Assembly (NCBI GenBank): GCA_963798085.1 | Contig: CAWCRS010000007.1 | Span: forward strand, 832,001 to 896,000 | Direction of reading: 5' to 3' | Origin: an uncultured Gemmatimonadales bacterium | GTDB lineage: Bacteria > Gemmatimonadota > Gemmatimonadetes > Longimicrobiales > RSA9 | DNA length: 64,000 nucleotides | Part shown: positions 23,304 to 33,842 of the stretch, piece by piece | How the letters are laid out: each line of letters opens with the position of its first letter | How positions within the stretch are numbered: position 1 is the stretch's first letter | The notes under the pieces: model-generated | The model's input: only the letters and a program-made list of their open reading frames with translations | What the model was told of the DNA's origin: nothing | The model's database searches: none | Position numbers and translations under genes: made by a program

Positions 23304-23368
23304 GTTACGGCGGGGAACGCGCGCATATCCGGTCGGCGCGCGCCCCGACCCCATGGCGGCGTCGATCA

Positions 23369-23405
23369 CGGCGGGAGCGCGCAATCACGTTGCGCGCTCC
23401 TGTCG
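23369..23405. other. Strong intergenic hairpin
   Basis: CGGCGGGAGCGCGCAA-tcacg-TTGCGCGCTCCTGTCG: 11 perfect pairs, 16 when two G-U pairs are allowed; no U-tract. Confidence 0.55.
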
Positions 23406-23503
23406 CATCCGGATACTTGGCACGGGACGGCGGAAGCCCCAGTTTCCGCGGGTGTCCGGTTGCACCGGGAAGAGAACAGACAGCATGCGACACTGCGATT
23501 TCC

Positions 23504-24631
23504 GTGATCCACTCTAACCGACGGTTACAGGCGACGGCCGGCCTCCTGTGCTGGGCGCTGGCGGGCCTGCTCGCCAGTCCGGTGCCGGCCGGCGCGCTCA
23601 CGCGTGTGCTCCAGCTCACAGGGGATGCGCCCTTCGATGCCGGCAGTCCCTCGTACGTCGCCGTGCGCTGGCTCTGGTACCTCTCGCTGACCCTCGGTAT
23701 CGGCGCCGTTGCCTTCCGCTGCTGTGTGCTGCCGCGCGTCCGCCTGCCCGGGAGTCTGCGCACCGAGCTGTTGCTGCAGCTGGCGGCGCTGGGACGCGCG
23801 GCCGCGCTGTTCTCGCTGCTCGCCGGTGGCGTGCGTCTGCTTGCGCAGTCGTATGCCGTGCTGGGCGAAGTGAGCGGGGAAATAACCGTCCTGCTCACGG
23901 GCACGACCTGGGGCGGCGGCTGGTGGCTGCAGACCGTGTCCGCCGCATTCGCCTTCGTCGGCTTTCACCTCGCCGCGCGCCGCGTCCGCGGCGGCTGGCT
24001 GCTGGCCGCGCTCGCCACGCTGGCTGGCGCAGTGGCGCCCGCGTTCTCCGGACACGCCGTGGCCGCGCGACTCCAGCCATGGCCCATCGTGGCCGACACG
24101 CTGCACGTGCTCGGCGCCGGTGGCTGGATCGGCAGCCTGGGCGTACTGCTCATTGCTGCGCTGCCCGTGGCCATGCACGCGCGCTTCGATGATCTGCCGG
24201 ACACGGCCGGCCTTGCCGCCATCGATCCCGGCCTGGACGCGGCGGCCGGCCTGGTGCGCGCCTTCTCCGCGCTCGCGCTCAGCTGCGTCGCCGTGCTCCT
24301 GCTGACAGGCGTGTTCGCAGGCTGGCTGCACATCGGCTCCTTCGCAGCGCTGCTGCACAGCGCCTACGGAAAGGTGCTGATGCTCAAGCTGGCGGCTCTT
24401 CTGCCGGCACTCACGCTGGGTGCGTACAACTTCCGCCGCCTGCAGCCCGTCATGCACCGGCCGGGTACTGCGCAGCGCCTGCAGCGCTCGGCGCGCGTCG
24501 AGTTGAGCTGCGCCGTGCTCGTGCTGCTGCTCACGGCCGTGCTGGTGGCCACGCCGCAGCCCGCCGACGCTGCCATGAGCGCGGCAGTGCCGGCGGCGCC
24601 GGCGGTAGCGCCCGGGTCCGGCCCGGGCTGA
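23504..24631 (+). CDS. copD: CopD-family copper resistance/uptake membrane protein; start uncertain
   Basis: FSGHA, DTLHVLGAGGWIGSL, FSALAL...LTG, AYGKVLMLKL and LGAYN motifs with about 8 TM helices. Confidence 0.8.
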   Translation: MIHSNRRLQATAGLLCWALAGLLASPVPAGALTRVLQLTGDAPFDAGSPSYVAVRWLWYLSLTLGIGAVAFRCCVLPRVRLPGSLRTELLLQLAALGRAAALFSLLAGGVRLLAQSYAVLGEVSGEITVLLTGTTWGGGWWLQTVSAAFAFVGFHLAARRVRGGWLLAALATLAGAVAPAFSGHAVAARLQPWPIVADTLHVLGAGGWIGSLGVLLIAALPVAMHARFDDLPDTAGLAAIDPGLDAAAGLVRAFSALALSCVAVLLLTGVFAGWLHIGSFAALLHSAYGKVLMLKLAALLPALTLGAYNFRRLQPVMHRPGTAQRLQRSARVELSCAVLVLLLTAVLVATPQPADAAMSAAVPAAPAVAPGSGPG

Positions 24632-24652
24632 CGGCGCGTCCGTGGCGGGGCC

Positions 24653-24693
24653 TTGCGTTGTAGTCGAGCGCACCCTATCATACAAACGTATGA
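24653..24693 (+). promoter_or_regulatory. Sigma70-type promoter with a palindromic operator overlapping the TetR start codon
   Basis: TTGCGT(24653)-17 bp-TATCAT(24676); TCATAC-aaac-GTATGA palindrome at 24678-24693; no RBS before ATG 24690. Confidence 0.6.
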
Positions 24694-25436
24694 ATCAGAA
24701 CACCCGCGACCGCCTCATCAGCGCCGCACGCCGCATCTTCGCCGACAAAGGCTTCGACGCCGCTTCCGTGCGCGAGATCACACGCGCCGCCAACGCCAAT
24801 CTGGGCGCCATCACGTACCACTTCGGCTCCAAGCAGGGTCTCTACGACGCCGTGATCGAGGGCACGTTCGGCGCGGTGACGCAGCGCCTCGGCCTGTCCA
24901 TGGCCGCTGCTCCCACGGCCGAGGCCGCGCGCGGCGCGGGTCAACGCCGGGCACAGCGCACGCGCGCGGCGCAACCGGGCAACGGTGGCGCGCCGGCGCG
25001 CAGCACCCCGGCAGGCGGGCGCGCCACAGCGCCGGCCGCGCTGCCGGCCGAGCCGCTGGCGCGGATACAGGCCATCGTGGCCGTGGTGTTCGCGCACATC
25101 GCCGCTAACACGGATTTACCACTGCTCGTGCTGCAGCAGGCGGTCAGCCGCGGCGCGCTGCCGGAACCCGCGCAGCGTGGCCTGGGTGCGCTGCTGGGGG
25201 CGTTGTCCGAAGCCGTGCGTGCGGGCCAGGCGCAGGGCACCATCCGCGCCGGCGACCCGCGTCTCATGGCGCTCAGCGCAATGGCACAGCCCGTCTATTT
25301 CACGCTCGTGCGCAGACTGGCGCCCGACCGCCTGCTCGGGGGCGGCCGCGCCATGCCCACACCGGAAGTGATGGCGCGCCATGCCATCGAGTTTCTGCGC
25401 TGCGGGCTTTCCAGTGGTGGGGAAGGAGACCGATGA
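24690..25436 (+). CDS. TetR/AcrR-family regulator (CecR/YbiH-like)
   Basis: TRDRLISAARRIFADKGFDAASVREITRAANANLGAITYHFGSKQGLY helix-turn-helix; first gene of the efflux operon. Confidence 0.92.
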   Translation: MNQNTRDRLISAARRIFADKGFDAASVREITRAANANLGAITYHFGSKQGLYDAVIEGTFGAVTQRLGLSMAAAPTAEAARGAGQRRAQRTRAAQPGNGGAPARSTPAGGRATAPAALPAEPLARIQAIVAVVFAHIAANTDLPLLVLQQAVSRGALPEPAQRGLGALLGALSEAVRAGQAQGTIRAGDPRLMALSAMAQPVYFTLVRRLAPDRLLGGGRAMPTPEVMARHAIEFLRCGLSSGGEGDR

Positions 25437-26831
25437 ACAGACTGGTATTGTGCCGCGTCACCGCATGCGCAGCGCTGCTGCTGGCCGGCGGCACGCCGCA
25501 CGCCGCACGTGCGCAGGTCGCGGCGGCGCCGCCCGCGGCCCCGGGCGTCGCGTCGCCTGTCGATTCTGCACGCCTGCCGCTGTTCGACGCCGTGCAGCGC
25601 GCGCTGGCGCAATACCCGGCGACGGCGGCGGCGCGCGCGGAACACGATCGGGCCACCGCAGTGGCTGCCGAAGCAAAAGCCGCGCGCTGGCCGCGGCTGT
25701 CCATCGACGGCGCGACGACGCAATTCCAGGAGCCAATGATCGTGGCGCCGCTGCACGGTTTCGACGTTCGCACACCGCCGCAATTCGAGCGCACGCTCGT
25801 GCAGGGTCACGCCACCGCCAGCTGGCCGTGTTCGACGGCGGCGCACGCGGTGCGCGCATTGATCGCGCGTCCGATCTGGTGGATGTGGCGGCCGCCGCGG
25901 AGGCGGTGACGCGCGCGGTGCTCATCGAGCGCGTGGTGCGCAGCTACCTGGCGGTCCGTTCCGCGCGCGAGCAGCTGGCGGCGCATCGCGTACAGGTGGC
26001 CACACTGGAGTCGGAGCACGGCGGGCGCAGCGCATGCTCCGGCGGGCAGCGTACCACGTGTCGACGTGCTCGCGCAGAGGCCGCGTTGAGCCGCGCGCAG
26101 GCCGATGATGCCGCCGCCGCGGCTACGGTGCGGCAGTCGGAGGCGGACCTGGCGCGGCTGGTCGGCTCGGATGATCGATTCGTTTCTGCCGCCAGTTCGA
26201 AGCCGATGCACGCACAGTAAGGTGCCGCCGTGCCCGATCGCGCCGTGCTGATCGAGCGGCCGAGCGATCCAACCCGGCGTTAGTCGGGCGCGCGGCCAGC
26301 TGGCGGCGGCGCAGGCGGGACAGGACGAGGCGCGCGCGGCCTGGTGGCCCGACGTCGGCGCGGCCGGCGGCTACAACGCTTTCGGCAGCACGGCCGGCGA
26401 CTACGTGACCGAGTGGCAGGCCGCACTGCAGGTGTCCTGGCCGCTGTTCACAGGCGGGGCGCGGCGCGCGGCCGCGCGCGTGCGGCCGCCGATGCGGATG
26501 GCGCGCAGCAGGCGGTGCGTCAGGCACAGCTGGATGTCGCGGCGGACGTGGATCGCGCGCTCGCATCGGTGCCCAGGCCAGCGCGCAGGTGATGGCGCTG
26601 ACATCCGCGGTGCAGCAGTTCGCGGCCGTGCTGGATGTCGAGACGCTCTCGGTGAACACGGGCGCTGGTGTGCAGACGGATTATCTGCGCGCGGTTTCGG
26701 ATCTGCTCGAAGCGCGCGCCGCATTGTCACAGGCGATCGCCGCGGAAGCTTCCGCACGCGTGGCGCTGGCGCGCGCCACCGGCGAACTGACGCCGGAATG
26801 GCTGGCGCGCAATCTGGAGGTGGGCCAATGA
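25433..26831 (+). CDS. TolC-family outer membrane efflux protein; multiple frameshifts
   Basis: Signal peptide, AVQRALAQYP, WPRLS, VVRSYL, VSWPLFTGG and DYLRA...LARATG segments in successive frames. Confidence 0.8.
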
Positions 26832-27830
26832 GTCGGCGACTGCTGCTGCTCGTGCCGCTGCTGCTCGTAGTGGGCGCGCTCGGCTTTTTTCTGGTGAAAC
26901 GCAATGGTGCGACGGCGGCGGGCCTGGCCGCGTCCGGCACGGTCGAAGCGACCGAAGCCGACATGGGTTTCCAGGCTTCGGGGCGCATCGTGTCGATCAG
27001 TGTGCACGAAGGCGATCGTGTCACGGCGGGCGAGGAGCTGGGCCGGCTGGATGACACGGAGATGCAGGCGCGTCTGCAGGCGATGCGGGCGCAGGTGAAC
27101 GCAGTGAAGGCGCAGCTCAGCGAGCTGGAGCGTGGCCCCCGCGCGGAGGAGATCGCACAGGCGAGGGCCGCGGCAGCCGCCGCGCAGAGCCGGCTGGCGG
27201 ATGCGAACCGCGAACTCGAGCGTGCGCAGACGCTGTTCAATGGCGGCGCCATCAGTCGCGAAGCACTGGACCGCGCCGGCACCGCGGCGCAGGTGGCGAG
27301 CGCGCAGTACGACCAGGCGAGGGAATCGCTGGCCCAGATGGAGAGCGGCACGCGGCCCGAGCGCATCGCCGGGGCACGCGCCGCGGTGCAGCAGGCGGAA
27401 GCCGGCGTGCAGCAGATCGCGGCGACGCTGGCCAACATGAAGCTGACGGCGCCCTTCGCCGGTGTGGTCACCGTGCGTCATCGCGAGCCGGGCGAGGTGG
27501 TTTCCGCGGGGTTGCCCGTGGTCACCATCATGAACCCGGCCGACCGCTGGGTGCGCATCTACGTGCCCGAGACGGCGGTGGGCCGCATCGCCATCGGCGC
27601 AAAAGCCGCCATCACCTCGGACACCGACCCGGCGCATCCGCAGGAGGGCGAAGTCACGTTCATCGCCAGCGAAGCGGAGTTCACACCGCGCAACGTGCAG
27701 ACGGCGGAAGAGCGCGTGAAGCTCGTGTACGCGGTGAAAGTGCGCATCAAGGGTGATCCTCAACTGCAGACTGAAGCCCGGCATGCCCGCGGATGTGAGG
27801 CTCGATTCGGCGGTGGTGAGGCAGGACTGA
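26828..27830 (+). CDS. HlyD-family periplasmic adaptor (YbhG-like); frameshift near 27770
   Basis: ASGTVEATE, VHEGDRV, LTAPFAGVV and EAEFTPRNVQT; the LKPGMPAD tail lies in the shifted frame ending TGA 27830. Confidence 0.9.
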
Positions 27831-28779
27831 TGGAGCCGTCGTCCGGCAGCCATCGCCTTGCGCGGTCTGACACGGCGTTTCGGTGACCTCACGGCAGTCG
27901 CCGGCCTCGATTTCGATGTCGCGCCCGGTGAGCTTTTTGGTCTGGTGGGGCCGGACGGCGCGGGCAAGACGACGACGCTGCGCATGCTCGCCGGCGTGCT
28001 GCGCCCCACGTCCGGCGATGCGCGGGTCGGCGGCGTCAGTATCGCGCAGGAGCCGGAGCAGGCCAAACACCGTATTGCGTACATGTCGCAGCGGTTCGGC
28101 CTGTACACGGACCTGACCGTGCGCGAGAACATCGACTTCTACGCCGACCTGTACCAGGTGCCGCAGAAGGAACGGCCTGCGCGTCTGGAGCGCCTGTATC
28201 GCTTCTCCAGTCTCGGTGACTTCGAGAAGCGCCTGGCGGGCAAGCTGTCCGGCGGCATGAAGCAGAAGCTCTCGCTCTGCTGCGCGCTCATCCATGTTCC
28301 GGAGATCCTGCTGCTGGACGAGCCGACATTCGGCGTCGATCCGATTTCCCGGCGCGACCTCTGGCTCATCCTGCACGAGATGGTGGCGGAAGGCGTGACC
28401 GTGCTTCGTGTCCACGGCGTACATGGACGAAGCCGAGCGCTGCGACCACGTCGCGCTGCTGGATCGCGGGCGCATCGTCGCACTCGATACGCCCGAAGCA
28501 CTGCAACGCAGCCTGGCCGGCGACATGGTGGCGCTGCGCGCTTCCGATGCGCGGCGCGCGATCGACATCCTGCGGCGCACGCCCGCCGTGCGCCGTGCCG
28601 AACTGTTCGGCGACACGCTGCACGTCACGCTGGCTTCGCGGGCACGCGACTGGCCGGTCGTGCAGCAGGGACTGGCCGCGGCCGGCATCGAGGTGAGCGG
28701 TGTGCAGGAGATCGAGCCGTCGCTCGAGGACGTGTTCATCGACCGCGTCGCCGACGCCAGCGCCGGACAGGCGGCATGA
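27830..28779 (+). CDS. ABC transporter ATP-binding protein 1; frameshifts
   Basis: GPDGAGKTT, LSGGMKQK and LLLDEPT. Confidence 0.9.
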
Positions 28780-29716
28780 AGAGCGTCGTCGAAGTGCACG
28801 AGCTGACCCGCAGGTTCGGCGACTTCATGGCGGTGGATCACGTCAGCTTCGATGTGACCGAAGGCGAGATCTTCGGCTTCCTCGGACCCAATGGCGCAGG
28901 CAAGACCACGACCATCAAGATGCTGACCGGTCTGTTAGCGCCGACATCGGGCGACGGTCGGGTCGCGGGTTTCGACATACGCACGGGTGCGGAGCAGATC
29001 AAACAGCGCATCGGCTACATGTCGCAGTTGTTTTCGCTCTATGGCGACCTCACGGTGGAGGAGAACATCGCGTTCTTCGCCGGCCTGTACGAAGTACACG
29101 GTCAGCGTCTGGCCGAGCGACGCGAGTGGGTGCTGCAGATGTCCGGTCTCACGGATCAGCGGAAACGCATGACGGCGGAGCTGCCGCTTGGCTGGAAACA
29201 GCGCCTGGCGCTGGGCTGCGCCGTGCTGCACGAGCCACCCATTCTGTTCCTCGACGAGCCCACGTCGGGTGTCGATCCGCTCTCGCGCCGGCAACTTCTG
29301 GGACCTCATCTACACACTCGCGGATCGCGGTACGACGATCTTCGTCAGCACGCACTACATGGAGGAAGCCGAGTACTGCCATCGGCTGGCGCTGATGAAT
29401 CGCGGCCGCCTGATCGCACTGGATCGACCCGCCGACGCTGCGCGAGCAGATGGCGGAGCCCATCCTCGAGGTGGATTGCGAAAATGGCGCCGAGGCGGCG
29501 CAGGCGCTGCAGAACGCGCCCGGCGTCATCGAGGCGGCCATGTTCGGTCGCGCGGTGCACGTCGTCGTGACGGATGCGGCCGCTGCGACCGCAGCCATTC
29601 CGTCATTCCTCGCCACACACGGTGTGAAGTGCGCGGGCGTGTCGCCGGTGCGGCCTTCGCTCGAGGACGTCTTCGTTGCACTGGTGCGGCGTGAAGGCGG
29701 CGCCGTGGCCGGGTAA
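28776..29716 (+). CDS. ABC transporter ATP-binding protein 2; frameshifts
   Basis: GPNGAGKTT, LPLGWKQR, LFLDEPTSG and STHYMEEAE (YbhF C-terminal-like). Confidence 0.9.
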
Positions 29717-30845
29717 TGCCCATGCGCCTGAGCCTGCGCCGGCTCCTCGCCATGGCCAGGAAGGAAGTGATCCAGCTGCGCCGCGATCCACGCAGCCTGG
29801 GCATGGCCTTCGTCGTGCCCGCCGCGATGATCGTGTTCTTCGGCTACATCATCAACTTCGATGTGAACGACATTCCGCTGGCGCTGCTGGACCAGGATCA
29901 CTCGCAGCGCAGTCGCGAGCTGGTGCAGGCGTTCGAGGCCGCGGGTCGCTTTCACGTGACGGAGCCGCTGACCGAGTACGCCCAGGTCACGCCACTGCTG
30001 GATCGCGGCGCCGTGCGCATGGCGCTCGATCATCCCGCCCGGCTTCCAGCGCGATCTCTCCGCCGGTAGGCCTGCCGACGTGCAGGCGATGGTCGACGGT
30101 GCGGACGCGAACACGGCTGCTATCGCGCTGAACTACGCGACCAGCATCGTCACGGCCTACTCGGCCCGACGCGCTGCTGCGCGGCGTCAGCGTGACCGCC
30201 CCCGTGCTGCCGGAGAGCCGGGTCTGGTACAACGAGACGCTGCAGAGCAGCAACATGATCGTGCCCGGCCTCGTCGCCGTCATCATGATGATCATCGCGG
30301 CCATGCTCACGGCGCTCACGGTGGCGAGGGAATGGGAGCGCGGCACCATGGAGCAGCTCGCCGCGACGCCCGTGCACCGCGTCGAGGTGATCATGGGCAA
30401 GCTGGTGCCCTATCTCGGCATTGGCCTGATCGATGTGACGGCCGCGATCCTCATCGGCATGTTCGTGTTCCACGTGCCGTTCCGCGGCAATCCTGTGCTG
30501 CTCTTCGTCATGGCGACGCTGTTCCTGCTGGGCGCACTGGGCCTCGGCATCTTCATCAGCGCCGCCGTCAAGTCGCAGCTGCTGGCGACGCAGGTCGCCA
30601 TGCTGGCGACATACCTGCCCTCGCTGCTGCTCTCCGGCCTCATGTTCGACATTGCCAGCATGCCGCTGCCGCTGCGCGTGATCTCGAACATTGTGCCGGC
30701 GAAGTACTTCATCGTGGTGCTGCGCGGCGTATTCCTGAAGGGCGTGGGATTGAGCGTGCTCTGGCCGCAGGGCGTGGCCATGGTGCTGTTCGCGACCATC
30801 GGGCTGAGCCTGGCCGTGCGCTCCTTCCACAAGGAGATCGCATGA
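29716..30845 (+). CDS. ABC-2 permease (YbhS-like); frameshifts
   Basis: ARKEVIQLRRDPRSL, VWYNETL and AREWERGTMEQL. Confidence 0.88.
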
Positions 30846-31978
30846 GCCTCGTGAACGGCGCGCGTCTCTGGCAGCTGGTGCGCAAGGAGTTCCGGCAGAC
30901 GCTGCGCGATCCGCGCTCCAAGCGCATGCTCTTCATTTCGCCCATCGTGCAACTCGTAATCTTCGGCTATGCCGTGAACACGGATGTTCGCAATGCGGCG
31001 ACGTTCGTAGTGGACCACGACCGCTCCATGGAGTCGCGGCAGCTGGTGGCATCGCTCACCGCCTCGCACTACTTCCGTGTCGTGGGCCAGGGGGAGCGCC
31101 CCGCTGAGCTGGTGGATGCGCTCGACCATGGCCGCGCGCTCGTGGGCCTGGAGATCCCGGAGCGCTTCGCTTCCGATCTCGCCGCCGGCCGCCAGGCCAC
31201 GGTCCAGCTGCTGGTCGACGGCAGCACCGCCAACACGGCCAACGTGGCGCTGGGCTATGCCACACAGATCATTGCGCGCTTCGGGCGGCAGGTGGGTGGA
31301 GAAGCGCTCGCGCGCGTGAATCCGATGTCAGGCGGCGGCGTCGATTTTCGCGCGCGCGCCTGGTACAATCCCGACCTGCAGAGTCGCGTCTACAATGTGC
31401 CCGCCGTGATCGGCACGATCATGATGCTGATGGGTCTGCTGCTCACGTCGCTGGCGGTGGTGCGCGAGCGCGAGATCGGCACCCTCGAGCAGCTCATGGT
31501 GAGCCCGCTGCGACCCGCCGAGCTGATTCTGGGCAAGACACTGCCCGTCGTGGTCATCGCGTTCGGCCAGCTGGTGCTCATCACCATCGTGGCGCTGGTC
31601 TGGTTCGGAATTCCCTTCCGTGGCAGTTACCTGCTGCTGGGTGTGGCCAGCCTGTGCTATCTGCTGTCCGGCCTCGGCATCGGGCTCTTCATCTCGACGA
31701 TCTCGAGCACGCAGCAGGAAGCGTTCATGTCCATGTTCTTCTTCTTCCTGCCCGCGATCATGCTCTCCGGCTTCATGTTCCCCATTCAGAACATGCCGAA
31801 GGCGCTGCAGTATCTGACTCTGCTCGATCCCATCCGTCACTACCTCGTGATCGTGCGCGGCGCGTTCCTGCGGGGCGCAGGCTGGTCCATTCTCGGCCCC
31901 GAAATCCTGGTGCTCCTGTTCATGGGCGTCGTCGTGCTTGTGTTCGCCATGACACGCTTCCACAAGACCACGGCGTAA
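30842..31978 (+). CDS. ABC-2 permease (YbhR-like)
   Basis: RKEFRQTLRDP, AWYNPDL, VREREIGTLEQLMVSP and LSGFMFPIQNMP. Confidence 0.92.
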   Translation: MSLVNGARLWQLVRKEFRQTLRDPRSKRMLFISPIVQLVIFGYAVNTDVRNAATFVVDHDRSMESRQLVASLTASHYFRVVGQGERPAELVDALDHGRALVGLEIPERFASDLAAGRQATVQLLVDGSTANTANVALGYATQIIARFGRQVGGEALARVNPMSGGGVDFRARAWYNPDLQSRVYNVPAVIGTIMMLMGLLLTSLAVVREREIGTLEQLMVSPLRPAELILGKTLPVVVIAFGQLVLITIVALVWFGIPFRGSYLLLGVASLCYLLSGLGIGLFISTISSTQQEAFMSMFFFFLPAIMLSGFMFPIQNMPKALQYLTLLDPIRHYLVIVRGAFLRGAGWSILGPEILVLLFMGVVVLVFAMTRFHKTTA

Positions 31979-32336
31979 CCGGCGCATTCCCTTCGGGTGG
32001 CTCCAGCGACATTGCGTCCGGCAGCGCAGCGTCCAACCTTGTGGCGCAATGCCGTGGTGTGCGGGAGGGAGCGGCCTCATGTCAGGGACCCGACAACAGC
32101 TCGTTAGCCTGCCAGTGTTGGCACGTCATTCGGAACGTGGGCGGACAGGAAGCCCTGCCTCTGGTGCCGCGGACGACGCAACGGGCGGTACGGTCCGCGG
32201 CGGGCTGCCCTGGGCATCCCGCATGTTTCCGGAGCGACGAGCGTCCCGGCGGGCGCGCGGGTCGTCACGCGAGGATTGCCGGTCCGCCCGTGCACGATCA
32301 GGTTGGGCTGGCCATTTGACTCGAGGAGCGGAGCCC

Positions 32337-33554
32337 ATGCTTGGCCTTGTCCGGAACATCGTTACCATCGCCATCGGGTTTGCGATCGTCGGCTGCGGCG
32401 GTGGCGGGAACACGGCGGTGCGCACGGTGGAACGCGACAGCTCGGGCGTCACGATTGTCGAGAACCATGCGGACACGGCTGCGTTGCGCGCGGGCTGGTC
32501 CCTCTCGCCGCAGCCCTCGCTGACCATTGGCGGCGGGGGCACTTCGGACAGCGCGCAGATCTATCAGGTCGCGGGGGCGGTGCGCCTCATGGACGGGCGC
32601 ATTGTGGTTGCTGACGCCGGTGTCAGCCAGGTGCGCGTTTTCGCTGCGGATGGGCGTCGCCTGGCCGCCTGGGGGCACAAGGGCGAAGGCCCCGGCGAGT
32701 ACACGCAGCCGCACCTCGCGGGACGCACACATGGAGACAGCGTCGTCGTATTCGATGCGTCACTGCGCCGCGCCACCGTGCTCGACCCTGATAACGGCGG
32801 TGTTCGCTCGTACCTGGTGGGTAACTTTGGCGGTGGTTATCCCAACGCGCAGGGCGTGCTCGCCAATGGCAGCATCGCCATTGGCGGCGGCATGTACTTC
32901 TCCAGCGAAACCGGCGGCATCCCCGAGGGAATGTTCCGCGCGCCCTCGAAGTACCTGCTGGTCAATGACACGGGAGCGCTGCGCACGGATCTGGGCGACC
33001 GGCCCGCGGCCGAGATGTTCAGCGCGCGCAGCGGCGGTCAGTTCAGCATGATGCCCATTCCATTTGCCCGCATCACCGGCTTTGCGCCTGCCGGCGATCA
33101 CGTTTGGCTGGGCACGGGCGATTCGTGGGAGCTGAGTGCCTACACACTCGACGGCAAGCTGGAGCGCATTGCGCGCTTCGATCGCGAGCTGGCGCCCGTC
33201 ACCGCGGCGATGCGCGCTGCCGAGACCGAGCGCCAGGTGGCCGATGCCAAGGACGACAACGATGCGCGCGCCACGCGTGCCAGGCTGGCGGCCATTACCT
33301 GGCCCGCACACGTGCCGCCATACGAACTGTTCCGCGCGGACGCGCTGGGTTGCGTCTGGATTGGCGAGACCGCGATCACGGACGGCCAGCGCACCTGGAC
33401 GATCATCGACGCGCGTGGCCATGCCATCGGCCGTGTGACGACACCGGCGCGTACGCTGCCGCTGGACATCGGCCGGGATTACATCCTGGCGGTCACCCGC
33501 GACGATCTGGATGTGGAGCGCCTGACGGTGTGGCGGCTGACGCGGCCGGGCTGA
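32337..33554 (+). CDS. 6-bladed beta-propeller (NHL-like) lipoprotein
   Basis: GAGGAG RBS, lipobox AIVG-C, RDSSGVTIVEN, GHKGEGPGEY and C-terminal RDDLDVE. Confidence 0.8.
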   Translation: MLGLVRNIVTIAIGFAIVGCGGGGNTAVRTVERDSSGVTIVENHADTAALRAGWSLSPQPSLTIGGGGTSDSAQIYQVAGAVRLMDGRIVVADAGVSQVRVFAADGRRLAAWGHKGEGPGEYTQPHLAGRTHGDSVVVFDASLRRATVLDPDNGGVRSYLVGNFGGGYPNAQGVLANGSIAIGGGMYFSSETGGIPEGMFRAPSKYLLVNDTGALRTDLGDRPAAEMFSARSGGQFSMMPIPFARITGFAPAGDHVWLGTGDSWELSAYTLDGKLERIARFDRELAPVTAAMRAAETERQVADAKDDNDARATRARLAAITWPAHVPPYELFRADALGCVWIGETAITDGQRTWTIIDARGHAIGRVTTPARTLPLDIGRDYILAVTRDDLDVERLTVWRLTRPG

Positions 33555-33556
33555 CG

Positions 33557-33840
33557 CCGGACCGTCTTGGCGTTCTTTCCTTCTGCCCCATCCAGCCATG
33601 TGTGGCAGGTGTCAGGTTGGTGCTTCACCCTCGCGCGTGCGCCATTCTGCTATCCGACTTGTCCCATTTGCCGGGGGGCTCAAGGTCGGGATGATCGCGC
33701 GCGGCTGGGTCGCGATGAACTCTAGCGGCTCGCCAGGCGTGTTCCATGGCTGGTAGGGTCGGGAAGATAGCGGATACATACCCGTCTTGGCGCAGTGAAT
33801 GGCTGGTTGTGCCTGACCCAAGAACGCCAAGACGGTCCGG
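33557..33840. repeat. 284-bp element with perfect 21-bp terminal inverted repeats
   Basis: CCGGACCGTCTTGGCGTTCTT (33557-33577) and AAGAACGCCAAGACGGTCCGG (33820-33840). Confidence 0.85.
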
Positions 33841-33842
33841 GT

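Noticed and set aside
27858..29570. Single fused double-ATPase ORF of 570 aa
   Set aside because: The middle of the ORF is out-of-frame sequence; two separate ATPase genes overlapping at ATGA 28776-28779 fit better.
32118..32135. Sigma54 promoter TTGGCACG (also at ~23417)
   Set aside because: No GC at the -12 position with the required GG-N10-GC spacing.
33557..33840. Retron msr-msd (a1/a2 inverted repeats)
   Set aside because: No adjacent reverse transcriptase, and the element lies between two gene 3' ends.
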